A stretch of DNA of 64,000 bases from Candidatus Zixiibacteriota bacterium (GTDB taxonomy: Bacteria; RBG-13-66-14; B26-G2; WVWN01), in contig JASFLY010000007.1 in assembly GCA_050117845.1 (NCBI GenBank), positions 1 through 64,000 of the forward strand. Reading direction: 5' to 3'. The position numbers and the translations under genes were made by a program. The notes below the pieces were generated by a model. It was not told the DNA's origin and did no database searches. It worked only from the letters and a program-made list of their open reading frames with translations. Below, in pieces: positions 53,085 through 62,920 of the stretch. How positions within the stretch are numbered: the first letter of the stretch is position 1; every line of letters begins with the position of its first letter.

Positions 53085-55069
53085 AAATCGTCCCCGACCA
53101 ATTCGTATACGTCGTTCATATCATCGCGATACAGGACGCGGCCGTAGCGCTTCAGGAAACCGTACAACATGGTTCGCGCGTGACGGTCATAATGGTCCCA
53201 TACCTTGGGTTCGAATGAATGATATATGTGAACGTGGGTGCAGCCCCATCCCCGGGCTAGATCGTACAATTCCCGGGGGTCTCGGGCGTCCTCAGCCGCA
53301 AGCAGGAAAGCCGACGCCTCCAGAAACGAATCGTATACGGCCTCCCGTTCCAGGTACAAGGTATGGTTCGTGAACAGCAAAAGCACCTTCGCGTCCGGCG
53401 GGAGTTCCTTGTTCATAAACAATTGGGCCCGCATAAAGCCCACGCGTTCGGCGAGGTAGTCCTCGCGCTCCGCCCCCAGGAAATACGCGTACGTATCGAG
53501 CGAGCTCAAAAGCGGCAACGGGAAATACGATACGGCGACGAGGGCCAATCCGCCGACGATGATGGCGCGCCAACCGCGGGAGAAACCGCGGCCCCACCGC
53601 CCGCACCAACCGTCCGCGGCGGCCAGCGACCCCGCCGCCGCGACGGAGAAGGCCGGCAACGCCCCGCCCAGGAAACGTAATATGCGGGACCCGAAGAACC
53701 AGGCGATAAGGTATACCCACGCATACACCGCCACCCGGCCGCCTCGCCGGAAAAACACGAACGCCAGCGCGGCCAACGGCAAGAGGAAAGGCAGGTAAAT
53801 ACCGGCGAAACGCTCATACGCCGAATCCCCCGCGACGGATACGCGATACGGCAAGAGGATAAAATCGCCCACGGCATCGCCGTAACCCATCTCGCCCTGC
53901 CACGCCAGCAACCGCTCCGACTGCTCCGCGCTGAAGTCCCGGCCGCCGAAGACACCGTAAAGCAGCGGGAACGTCGGATTGCCGCGCTCGACGTACGCCT
54001 TGGCGAGCCAGGGCAGTACGAGGACGAAAACCACGACGGCCGCTTTTAAAACCCACCGGATTTTTAAGCGCCCCCGTATAACGTCGTAAGCCCATACCGG
54101 TATGAAGGCAGCGAAAACCGCATACGCCGTGTACTTGACGGCCACCGCCGCGCCCAAGAGGACACCGACCGCGAGCCAGCTTCGACCGGTTTCTTCCCCC
54201 CCGCCTCTTCCCGGGTGCTGCGCGAAATATACGTACAGCGCGCCGGCCGCAGACATTATCACGAAATGATCGTTATGGGCCGCCGCCATCGCCGCCGCGA
54301 CCGGCGGCGTCAAAACGACCATGGCCGCCGCCATCGCCGCGAAAAACTGGCCCAACCAGATTCGCGCCAAGCGGTACGTCAGCGCCGCCGCGAGGAAGGT
54401 TACGACCAGGTGGGACGCCTTGGCGGTGATGAGGCCGTCCCAAAGGTAGGGCCAAAGGTAAAAAAGCGACCCGCCCATCGGCATCGACGCGTATACGTTG
54501 TACGGCAGATATACGAAACCGCCGGCGTCGGCGTAAGCCTTCGGGACAGCCAGATGATACGTGAGCGAGTCCCAGTAGTAAGGTGGAACGGCGGCCGTAA
54601 GCGCCAGGGGAAGCGCGATCGCCCCGACGACGACGAGCAGCCCCGCCGTGGACACCTCAAGTTCGTCGAGCCACCGTTGGACCCGCTCGGGGACGCGGGC
54701 CAGGTCCCGGCGGAAAAAATACGCCCCGGCCGCCGCGGCCCCGACGATAAAACCCCGCGCCAGCCAAACGGAAATTACGTGCGCCGCACCCATAACGAAG
54801 GCCAGTACGACCATCGCGGCGACGCCCAACGCCGCGGCGAGTTCCGGCGGAGTTTCGTCGCGGTCGAGCAGGAACCGGGAACAGGCCCGGCCGACTACGT
54901 AAACGGCGAACCAGAAGACGACGAAAAGCGCCAGGTGGCCGAGCTTCCCGGCAACGACGCCCATGGGGTTAACGCCGCCCTCGCGCGCCGCGACGCCGAG
55001 AGCGACGGCCACGGCCGCGAGCGCCAGCACGCCGACGGCGTATAACGCTTTCTTCAATACGTCGCGCAC
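53081..55069 (-). CDS. GT-C-like membrane glycosyltransferase, paralog 3
   Basis: WDSLTYHLAVP, HNDHF, ERGNPTFP, YLEREAVYDSFLEAS. Confidence 0.7.
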   Translation of the reverse strand: MRDVLKKALYAVGVLALAAVAVALGVAAREGGVNPMGVVAGKLGHLALFVVFWFAVYVVGRACSRFLLDRDETPPELAAALGVAAMVVLAFVMGAAHVISVWLARGFIVGAAAAGAYFFRRDLARVPERVQRWLDELEVSTAGLLVVVGAIALPLALTAAVPPYYWDSLTYHLAVPKAYADAGGFVYLPYNVYASMPMGGSLFYLWPYLWDGLITAKASHLVVTFLAAALTYRLARIWLGQFFAAMAAAMVVLTPPVAAAMAAAHNDHFVIMSAAGALYVYFAQHPGRGGGEETGRSWLAVGVLLGAAVAVKYTAYAVFAAFIPVWAYDVIRGRLKIRWVLKAAVVVFVLVLPWLAKAYVERGNPTFPLLYGVFGGRDFSAEQSERLLAWQGEMGYGDAVGDFILLPYRVSVAGDSAYERFAGIYLPFLLPLAALAFVFFRRGGRVAVYAWVYLIAWFFGSRILRFLGGALPAFSVAAAGSLAAADGWCGRWGRGFSRGWRAIIVGGLALVAVSYFPLPLLSSLDTYAYFLGAEREDYLAERVGFMRAQLFMNKELPPDAKVLLLFTNHTLYLEREAVYDSFLEASAFLLAAEDARDPRELYDLARGWGCTHVHIYHSFEPKVWDHYDRHARTMLYGFLKRYGRVLYRDDMNDVYELVGDDL

Positions 55070-55078
55070 GTCGAAGCC

Positions 55079-57058
55079 TTAGTCACCCCCCGTCGCCGGA
55101 AGGAGTTCGTAAACGTCGCCGAATTTATCCTCATATACGGTGTAACCGTATCGCCGCACGAAATCGTAGAATACGTGCCTGGCCCGGGGCGTATAATACG
55201 GCCAGAAACGCTCCTCGAAGAATTTATAAACGTAGACGTGGGTTATGCCCCGCTCACGGGCGTAGCGGTAAAGCGCCTCGCCGTCGGCCGACTCTTCCGC
55301 GAGGATGAGCGGCGCGGACGCCTCCAGGAACGAATCGTACGTCGCGTCGCGTTCCAGATACAAAGTTTGATTCGCGAATACGAGTAGCACGCGCGCGCCC
55401 GGCGGTAATTCCCGGTTCATGTAATCGTAGCCATTGTAGAAAGGACAGCGGCGGGAGAGGAATTCCTCCTCGTCCATCCAGAAGAAATAGCTGTGCCCCG
55501 GTAGTGTATCGAAGATGCCCATGGCGTTGTACGAAAACGCCACGGCCAAAAACGCCACCGCGATAATCGCCCGCCACCAGCGGCCGAGGCGGAGGCGGCC
55601 GCCGGGTTCCGCCGCGGCGAGCACCCCCGCGGCGGCGATGCCGAAGGCCGGCAAGGCCCCCGCCAGAAAGCGCAACTGCTGGGGCCCCAGCGCCCACGCG
55701 AAGAAATAGACCCAAGCGAACGCGACGACGCGCCCCGCCCGCCGGAACGCCGGTACGGCGACCGCGGCCAGCGGTAGCACAAACGGCAAGAGCAGGCCGC
55801 AGAAATCCTCGTATGGGTATCCGGCCTCGAACGACACCCGATACGGCAGGAGCAGCCAATCGGCGATCCCGCGGCCCCGGCCCATAGACGCTTGCCACTC
55901 GAAGAGGCGGCGCGCCTGCTCGGCGCTGAAATCCCGGCCGCCGAACGTGCCGTACAATGCGGGAAAGACCGGGTTGCCCCTCTCGACGTATGCCTTTATA
56001 AGCCACGGCACGACGAGCAGCACCGCCGTCCCGATAATTATCGCTACCTCGGCCGGCCTCGTTCGCTTCCTCGCGACGTCGTACGCCCAAATCGGGATGA
56101 AGGCTATTAGAACGGGGAACGACGAATACTTGACGGCGAGGGCAGCCCCCAGAAACAAGCCGACCGCGACGGCCCGACGCCTCGGCGACGAGCCCTCCCC
56201 CACCCCCGGATTAAGATAAAGGAAGAGCGCCGCTATAATGAAGAGCATCGAGAAGTGGTCGACCTGGGCGCCGCCGGCGGCCGTCAGCACCGTCGGCGTC
56301 AGGAACACGAAGGCCGCGGCTAATACGGCGTAATATTGGCTCACCCACGCCCGCGCCAGCCGATAAGTGAGGCCGAGCGCGAGTAACGTAACGACGAGGT
56401 GGGAGGCGTTGGCCGTTATCGCGCCGTCCCACAAATAGGGCCACAAATAAAAAAGCGACGCCCCGAACGGCATCGACGAATATACGTTGTCGGCGAGATA
56501 TACGAAACGATGGGCTTCCGCGTACGCCTGCGGCACGGCCAGATGGTACGTGAGCGCGTCCCAGAAATAAGGGGGTTCCGCGGCGGACAGCGCGATCGAG
56601 GCCGCCAGAAGCGCCGTCCCGGCCAACAGCGCCGCCGACCCCAACTCTAGCTCCTCCAGGGCCCGCTTGAGCCGGGCGGGGACCTCCGCCAGCCGCCGCC
56701 ACGTCAACGCCGCCGTCGCGGCCGCACCGAATATTACGATTACCTTGGCCACCACGCCGTACGCCGCGTGCGCCGCGCAGAGCACGAACGCTAGCAATAC
56801 CGACGCGACGACGCCGAGCCCCAGTGCCAGTTCCGGCGGCCAGGACGTCCGGCCCGTCAAGAGGCGCTCCGCCCCCCGGCCGCAGCCGTAGACCGCGAAC
56901 CAGAAGACCAGGAATAAAAAAAGGTGCCAGAGTTTCCCGGCGACGTGGCCTATGGGGTTGAAACCCTCCCGCTGGGCCGTGACGCTTAAAACCGTAAACG
57001 TCACGGCGACGGCGAGCAGTATTAAAGCGGTAAGTACGGTTTTCAACGCGCCGGACAT
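55079..57058 (-). CDS. GT-C-like membrane glycosyltransferase, paralog 2
   Basis: WDALTYHLAVP, QVDHF, ERGNPVFP, GPQQLRFL. Confidence 0.7.
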   Translation of the reverse strand: MSGALKTVLTALILLAVAVTFTVLSVTAQREGFNPIGHVAGKLWHLFLFLVFWFAVYGCGRGAERLLTGRTSWPPELALGLGVVASVLLAFVLCAAHAAYGVVAKVIVIFGAAATAALTWRRLAEVPARLKRALEELELGSAALLAGTALLAASIALSAAEPPYFWDALTYHLAVPQAYAEAHRFVYLADNVYSSMPFGASLFYLWPYLWDGAITANASHLVVTLLALGLTYRLARAWVSQYYAVLAAAFVFLTPTVLTAAGGAQVDHFSMLFIIAALFLYLNPGVGEGSSPRRRAVAVGLFLGAALAVKYSSFPVLIAFIPIWAYDVARKRTRPAEVAIIIGTAVLLVVPWLIKAYVERGNPVFPALYGTFGGRDFSAEQARRLFEWQASMGRGRGIADWLLLPYRVSFEAGYPYEDFCGLLLPFVLPLAAVAVPAFRRAGRVVAFAWVYFFAWALGPQQLRFLAGALPAFGIAAAGVLAAAEPGGRLRLGRWWRAIIAVAFLAVAFSYNAMGIFDTLPGHSYFFWMDEEEFLSRRCPFYNGYDYMNRELPPGARVLLVFANQTLYLERDATYDSFLEASAPLILAEESADGEALYRYARERGITHVYVYKFFEERFWPYYTPRARHVFYDFVRRYGYTVYEDKFGDVYELLPATGGD

Positions 57059-57096
57059 CGCCGAGCATATTAAAATTAAAACCGGCCCGACGCCAC

Positions 57097-57119
57097 AAAA
57101 AAACCGGCCCGAAGGCCGG
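57097..57119 (-). terminator. Intrinsic terminator with a cUUCGg tetraloop
   Basis: mRNA CCGGCC-UUCG-GGCCGG-U7. Confidence 0.75.
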
Positions 57120-57174
57120 CCCCGCGGAAAACGATCCTCGCGCGGGCGCCGCCGCGCGCCCCGGCCCCCCGCCG

Positions 57175-59154
57175 TTATGACGCCGCCGGATCTACCAACT
57201 CGAACAAAACGTTGTGCTTATCCTCGTATATAACCACGCCGTAACGATACAGGAAAGCCCGGATGCGTTCCCGCGCCACGTCCGGGTAACGGCCGGCCAT
57301 CCAGCTCTCTCCGTAGAGGTTTAGATGGACGTGTGTAACGCCCCAACGCCGGACCGTCTCGCGAAAGGCCGCCTCGTCCGGGGCCTCGACCGCCGCCGCC
57401 ATTATCGCCGACGCCTCGAGGAAGGAATCGTACACGGCCTCCCGCTCGAGGTACAGGTTTTCATTATAGTACAGCAACAACACGCGGGCGTCGGCCGGCA
57501 GGTTCTCGTTGGCGTACTCCTGCGTCCGGTAAAACGTCGTCCATTCCCGCAAGAAGGCCGGGGCGTCCATAACGCCGGTGAGATACGTCTGCCGCGGCAT
57601 CGACGAGAAAATCGGCGCTATAAGAAAAGGGAGGGCGACGGCGAAGGTCGACGCCGAGACGCCGAAGCGCCAGGCCCGACGGCCCCACGTCGCCCAATCC
57701 CGGTCGACCGCCGCCAGCGTCCCGGCCGCCGCCACCGCGAAGGCCGGCAACGCCCCGTCGAGGAAGCGAAGCTGCTGCGGCCCCAGCGCCCAGGCCGCGA
57801 GATATACCCAAGCGAACGCGACCACCCGGCCGGCGCGCCGGAACGACGCCGCCGCCAAGGCCGCCAGTGGCAGGAGGAACGGCAAGTAGCGGCCGGCGAA
57901 ATCCTTGTAGTCGAAGCCCCCGGCGACGGAGATTCGATACGGGAGGAGGAGGTAATCCCAAACGCCTCTCCCCCGCCCCATGTCACTCTGCCACTCGACC
58001 AACCGCCGCGCCTGTTCCGCCGAGAAATCGCGATTCGGGAACCAATCGTACGCCAGCGGGAAGACCGGGTTGCCCCGTTCGACGTACGCCTTAACGAGCC
58101 ACGGGGCGACGGGCGCCGCCGCGGCGACGAGGAAGACCGCGGCCTCCGCCCACCGGATTCGCTTCTTTAATAAGTCGTATCCCAATACGGGGATAAAGGC
58201 CCCGAGGGCCGCCACCGCCGAGTACTTTACCGCGAGGGCGGCGCCGAGCAGCAAACCGGCGCCGAGAAACGACCGCCGGCGAGCCGTTCCCCCCGGCGCC
58301 CCGGCGTCGAAATAGACGTAGAGCGCGGCGACGACGAACAACATAAGGAAATGATCGTTATGGCCGCCGCCCATAACCTTGAACGCCACCGGCGTCAGGA
58401 TAACCAGGACGGCCGCGAGGGCGGAATAGAATTGGTCCAGCCACCGCCGGGCCAACCGGTACGTAAGCGCCAAGGCGAGAACGGTAACGACGAGGTGAGA
58501 GGCGTTCGCCGTTATCACGCCGTCCCAGAGGTAGGGCCATACGTAGAAAAGCGAGCCCCCCATCGGCATGGAGGAAAAGGCGTTGTAGGGCAGGTAGACG
58601 AAACCGTGGGCCGCGGCGTACGCCTTCGGCACGGCGAGGTGGTAGACGAGGGCGTCGACGTACGTCGGCGGGTGGGCCGCGGTCAACGCGACCGGCAAAG
58701 CGAGAACGCCCGCGCCGAGCGCCAACGCGGCCGTCGGGAGTTCGACTTCCTCCCGCCACCGCCGCACGCGGCCGGCGGCGCGGCCCCATTCCCGGCGCCA
58801 CAGGAATCCGGTCCCCACGGCCGCCGCGACGACGAATACGCGCGCCACCCACGGGTAAGCCGCGTGCGCCGCGCACATTATAAAGCCCAAATAAACGAAG
58901 GCCACGACGCCCAGGGCCGCCGAGAGTTCCGGCGGCGGCGACGCCTTCCGGCCGAGGAGCAGCGCCGCCGTCGTCCTCCCGACGCCGTACACGCCGAGCC
59001 AAAATACGAGGAATAGCGCCAGGTGGCCGGCCTTGCGGGCCAGGCTCGCCGTCGGATTGCCAGATACGTCGACGACGACCTGTACGGCGACGAATACGAC
59101 GACCGCCGCGACGACCACGACGGCCAATAGGGCGCTTTTCGTACGCTCCGACAT
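57175..59154 (-). CDS. GT-C-like membrane glycosyltransferase, paralog 1
   Basis: VDALVYHLAVP, HNDHF, ERGNPVFP, GPQQLRFL. Confidence 0.7.
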   Translation of the reverse strand: MSERTKSALLAVVVVAAVVVFVAVQVVVDVSGNPTASLARKAGHLALFLVFWLGVYGVGRTTAALLLGRKASPPPELSAALGVVAFVYLGFIMCAAHAAYPWVARVFVVAAAVGTGFLWRREWGRAAGRVRRWREEVELPTAALALGAGVLALPVALTAAHPPTYVDALVYHLAVPKAYAAAHGFVYLPYNAFSSMPMGGSLFYVWPYLWDGVITANASHLVVTVLALALTYRLARRWLDQFYSALAAVLVILTPVAFKVMGGGHNDHFLMLFVVAALYVYFDAGAPGGTARRRSFLGAGLLLGAALAVKYSAVAALGAFIPVLGYDLLKKRIRWAEAAVFLVAAAAPVAPWLVKAYVERGNPVFPLAYDWFPNRDFSAEQARRLVEWQSDMGRGRGVWDYLLLPYRISVAGGFDYKDFAGRYLPFLLPLAALAAASFRRAGRVVAFAWVYLAAWALGPQQLRFLDGALPAFAVAAAGTLAAVDRDWATWGRRAWRFGVSASTFAVALPFLIAPIFSSMPRQTYLTGVMDAPAFLREWTTFYRTQEYANENLPADARVLLLYYNENLYLEREAVYDSFLEASAIMAAAVEAPDEAAFRETVRRWGVTHVHLNLYGESWMAGRYPDVARERIRAFLYRYGVVIYEDKHNVLFELVDPAAS

Positions 59155-59192
59155 CGTGTCCCATCATAAAACAGAACCGCAGCACAAACCAT

Positions 59193-59217
59193 AAAAAAGC
59201 CGGCCCGAAGGCCGGCT
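59193..59217 (-). terminator. Intrinsic terminator of the btu operon (cUUCGg tetraloop)
   Basis: mRNA AGCCGGCC-UUCG-GGCCGGCU plus a U-run. Confidence 0.8.
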
Positions 59218-59242
59218 AACAAGGAGGAGATACACGTTTTCG

Positions 59243-61105
59243 TTAGAAATCCAGGGCGACGCCGGCGCTCACGGTCCGGCCGGGCATCGGGTAATCGTAT
59301 ATGGTCTGGTATTCCTCATCGGCCAGGTTCTTCACGGCGACGAATATCTCGGGGTAATACACCTTGAACGCGACCCGCGCTCCCAATAGCGTATAGGCCG
59401 GCAGCCAACGTTTCGACGTAAGGTATGTAACCGGGTCGGTGTAGTCGTACTGCTGGCGGCCGACGAACGACCCGGACACCGAGGGCGTCAGGGCGAACGC
59501 GCCGTCGCCGAAGTCGTGCCGGTACCGCAGCTCGAGGAACCCCGAATACTCGGGACGATAGTTAAGCTCCTCGCCGGTGTCGCGGTCTTCGGTCGTGAGG
59601 TAGGTTCCGGAAAGGGCGACGTCGAACGTGGGGCGGGAAGCCAACGGCGACGCGTCCACGCCGAGCTCCACTCCCTGGACTACGCTCCGGTCCACGTTCT
59701 CCGGCGGCCATCCGCTAATGAGGTCCTCGTAGTCGGAGTAGAAATAAATAAACTCGGCCTTGAAGCGGTCGTTGAGACGGAAGGTCGGGCCGGCCTCGTA
59801 CGTCCAGCAGTATTCCGGCGTGAGGTCGGGATTGCCGCCGCCGAAGCCGGTGTCCGGCCAGTAAAGTTCGTCGAAACTCGGGGCCCGGAAACTCCGGCCG
59901 GCCGACGCCCGGGCGCTGACGACTTCGTTGAAATTATAGCGGGCGCCCACGCGCGGCGACACGGTTCCGCCGAAGATACTGGAAGAATCGTAACGGGCCC
60001 CAACGACCGTCGTCAGGTCGCCGAAGCGGAGGTCTTCCTGCGCGAACACGGCCCAGGTCGACCCGTCCTGATCGCCGATGGACGTGCTTTCAGTTTTTAC
60101 ACTCTCGAACTCGCCGCCCAGCCCCAACCGGTTCCACGCAAGGAGCTGGTAGAAGGCCGCTCCCCGGGCGCCGAGGGCGTCGTTCGTATGCGTATCGTCG
60201 CTCGGGAAATACGGGTCGGGGTCGGTATAATGTCGTTCCTGGGTTTTATAATAAACCCGGCCCGTAGTCGACCAGGCATCGCTCGGCGACGCGTCGATGC
60301 CGACGTTCCCGACCATAAAGTCGTCCTCCTGGCGGGCCAACGGCGTGGGATAAGACAAGGACCCGGGAACGCCCACTTCGGACGTGTGATATTGGCCGCG
60401 CAACCAGAGGGTGGCGTCATCGCCCAGCTTGGAGGAGAACTTGACGTGGCCGCCCTTCCCCTCGTAGTCGTCGTTATCGGTGAAGCCGTCGTTCGTACGG
60501 TAGCTGCCGCCGACGTTGAGGCCGAAGTTGCCCAACGGGAGGCCGGCGGCCACTTCCGTATTAACGTCGCTGTTCGTGCCGTACGAACCCCGGAACGAGA
60601 CGCCCGGTTTCTCGGGTACGCCGCGCGTCACGATGTTCACGACGCCGGCGGTAGCGTTCGCGCCGTAGAGCGCCGAAGACGGTCCGCTCATAACCTCGAC
60701 GCGGTCGACGTCCTCGAGCGACAGCGCGTTGAAATCGACGTCGCCGCCCTGGTGGTTATTTACGGGTTGCCCGTCGACCATGAAGAGCGTTTGTTTGGCG
60801 TACGACCCGCGGGTCGAGACGGTCTTGGTGGAACCGGCGCCGCCGTATTCCCGCAAGTAAATGCCCTCCGAACGCACCAATCCCTCGGCGAGATTCGTCG
60901 CGTCCAGTAAATTGAGTTCGCGGCTCGTTATCGACCGAATGCCGAACGGCACCTCGGACTCCCGGGCCGGCTCGCCGATGGCCGTAATGACTATAGGGTC
61001 GCCGGGGAAGACCTCGACGTCCCCCTCCGGCGTATCGTAGGCCAGTGCCGGAACGACGGCCGCCGCCAGGCTTAAACATGTGGAAATAATTATCGTCCGT
61101 ACCAT
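59243..61105 (-). CDS. btuB: TonB-dependent receptor, probably cobalamin (BtuB-like)
   Basis: Plug motif VDRVEVMSGPSSALYGANA..GVVNIVT, FRAPSF.ELY, NP.L.PE, C-terminal PGR...F. ATG overlaps the btuD stop. Confidence 0.85.
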   Translation of the reverse strand: MVRTIIISTCLSLAAAVVPALAYDTPEGDVEVFPGDPIVITAIGEPARESEVPFGIRSITSRELNLLDATNLAEGLVRSEGIYLREYGGAGSTKTVSTRGSYAKQTLFMVDGQPVNNHQGGDVDFNALSLEDVDRVEVMSGPSSALYGANATAGVVNIVTRGVPEKPGVSFRGSYGTNSDVNTEVAAGLPLGNFGLNVGGSYRTNDGFTDNDDYEGKGGHVKFSSKLGDDATLWLRGQYHTSEVGVPGSLSYPTPLARQEDDFMVGNVGIDASPSDAWSTTGRVYYKTQERHYTDPDPYFPSDDTHTNDALGARGAAFYQLLAWNRLGLGGEFESVKTESTSIGDQDGSTWAVFAQEDLRFGDLTTVVGARYDSSSIFGGTVSPRVGARYNFNEVVSARASAGRSFRAPSFDELYWPDTGFGGGNPDLTPEYCWTYEAGPTFRLNDRFKAEFIYFYSDYEDLISGWPPENVDRSVVQGVELGVDASPLASRPTFDVALSGTYLTTEDRDTGEELNYRPEYSGFLELRYRHDFGDGAFALTPSVSGSFVGRQQYDYTDPVTYLTSKRWLPAYTLLGARVAFKVYYPEIFVAVKNLADEEYQTIYDYPMPGRTVSAGVALDF

Positions 61106-61902
61106 TACTTCCTCCTTACTTGTTCTTCGATTTCGGGGTAAATAAACGTACGCCCGGCGGTTTCCGCCGTCCTTACCGGGCAACCGTAGATTTCGGATAA
61201 AGTATCGGCTCGGAGGACTTCGGCCGCGGGGCCGTCCGCGACGATGCGTCGGGCCGCCATCAAAGCGACCCGCGGGAAGTACGCGGCCGCCACGTTCAGG
61301 TCGTGCAGGACCGCGACGACGGTCAAGCCTTCTCGGGCGTTCAGCCTCCCCAGCAACGAGAAGATCTGAGCCTGGTGGGAGATGTCGAGGTGGGCAGTCG
61401 GTTCGTCCAGGAAAACGGTCGGCGCGCCCTGGGCGAGGGCTCGCGCCAGGACCGCCCGCTGGAACTCGCCGCCGGACAACTGGCTAACCGGCCTCTCGGC
61501 GAGGGCCGCGACGCCCGTAAGTTCCATCGCCCGGGACGCGATCGCCCGGTCTTCCGGGCCGGGGGGCCGGAACGGCCCGAGATAGGCGTAGCGCGCCAGC
61601 ATCGTGAGTTCGCGAACGCGATATGGCAGGTTCACCTCGCTGTATTGCGGTACGAAGGACACGAGGCGGGCGACATCGCGGCGGCCGTACGTCTTGATAT
61701 CCCTGCCGGCGAGCAGCACATCGCCCCGGTCGGCGTTCAAGTAACCCGAAAGCAGACGCAGGAGCGTACTCTTCCCGGCGCCGTTGGGCCCCACGACGGC
61801 CACCATCTCCCCAGCCTCCACGGCGAAGTCGACGCCTTCTATCGCCGGCCCCGTCGGCCACGAGTAATGGAGGCCGAGGCCCTCTACCATTCGGCCGGCC
61901 AC
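61105..61902 (-). CDS. btuD: Cobalamin/iron-chelate ABC transporter ATP-binding protein
   Basis: GPNGAGKST, LSGGEFQR, LDEPTAHLD, LHDLN. Confidence 0.85.
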   Translation of the reverse strand: MAGRMVEGLGLHYSWPTGPAIEGVDFAVEAGEMVAVVGPNGAGKSTLLRLLSGYLNADRGDVLLAGRDIKTYGRRDVARLVSFVPQYSEVNLPYRVRELTMLARYAYLGPFRPPGPEDRAIASRAMELTGVAALAERPVSQLSGGEFQRAVLARALAQGAPTVFLDEPTAHLDISHQAQIFSLLGRLNAREGLTVVAVLHDLNVAAAYFPRVALMAARRIVADGPAAEVLRADTLSEIYGCPVRTAETAGRTFIYPEIEEQVRRK

Positions 61903-61903
61903 G

Positions 61904-62920
61904 CTAGTAACCCTTCTTTCGCAAAATCGCCAGGAAATACGGCGCGCCTATGAGGGCGGTGAAAACGCCCACCGGCACGATGGGAATATGGAAATAATCG
62001 GCCGTCGTCCGGACGAGTGTGTCGCCCGCGGCCACGAGGGCCGCGCCGCCCAGCGCCGCCGCCACGAGAAGCGTTAGGTGGCGTGGCCCGATTATCCGGC
62101 GCAGGGCGTGGGGTACGACTATGCCGACGAAACCGATGGGCCCGGCCAGCGCCACCACCGAGGCCGTCGCTAGCGACGCGCAGAGGATAATCGCTATCTT
62201 GAATTTCTCGACGGAGAGGCCGAGGTGGAAGGCGCTCTCCTCGCCGAGCGCGATGAGGTCCAGGGGACGGGCCAATACCATGAGAAGAATAGCGACGACG
62301 CCGGTAACGCCCGCCGTGCACGCCACCTTGAACGGCGTTATGTCCGGGCTCGCCAGGTCGCCCATGAGCCACAGGAAAACGGCGTGCTGGTCGCGGGCCG
62401 GGACTATAGCCAACATCAAAAGTATGAGCGCCGTAAAGAATGCGCCGACGACGACGCCCGCGAGGAGCAGCGCGTGGACGGAGAGGATCCCCGCCGCCCG
62501 GGCCACCATGAAGCCGGTGCCGACGGCCGCTAGGGCCCCAAGGAAGGCCAGGACGTTGAGCGCGGAGAAAGCCGCGGCGCCGGAGCCGAGCCCCAACACC
62601 GTCGCGACCGCGGCCCCCAGGCCGCCCCCGGCGGCGATACCGAGGATATAGGGGTCGGCCAACGGGTTGCGCAGAACGGCCTGCAAAGCCGTGCCGGCCG
62701 TAGCCAGCGCGACCCCCACGCAGAGCGCCGCCCCCAACCGCGTTAAACGCACGATTACCACGGCGTACGCGTCACGACTCACGACGCCGCCCGTGACTAG
62801 TTCCCCCACCGCCCGCGCCGACGCCCCGGGCGAGAGGCCCGGCCCGAGCAGGGCCGCCGCCGCCGCCACGCCGATCAACGTTAACGCCAATACGGCGAAC
62901 GTCGCCGCCTTCCGGTTCAC
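61904..62920 (-). CDS. btuC: FecCD/BtuC family permease
   Basis: Q..LRNPLADPYILG, WLMGDL, LGEE.A..LG, GPIGFVG..VPH. Confidence 0.88.
   Translation of the reverse strand: MNRKAATFAVLALTLIGVAAAAALLGPGLSPGASARAVGELVTGGVVSRDAYAVVIVRLTRLGAALCVGVALATAGTALQAVLRNPLADPYILGIAAGGGLGAAVATVLGLGSGAAAFSALNVLAFLGALAAVGTGFMVARAAGILSVHALLLAGVVVGAFFTALILLMLAIVPARDQHAVFLWLMGDLASPDITPFKVACTAGVTGVVAILLMVLARPLDLIALGEESAFHLGLSVEKFKIAIILCASLATASVVALAGPIGFVGIVVPHALRRIIGPRHLTLLVAAALGGAALVAAGDTLVRTTADYFHIPIVPVGVFTALIGAPYFLAILRKKGY

Noticed and set aside
59516..60910. Long antisense ORFs (this 464-aa one, also 37022..38422, 7379..8563 and 41525..42520)
   Set aside because: They are shadows of well-supported genes on the opposite strand, as expected in GC-rich DNA.
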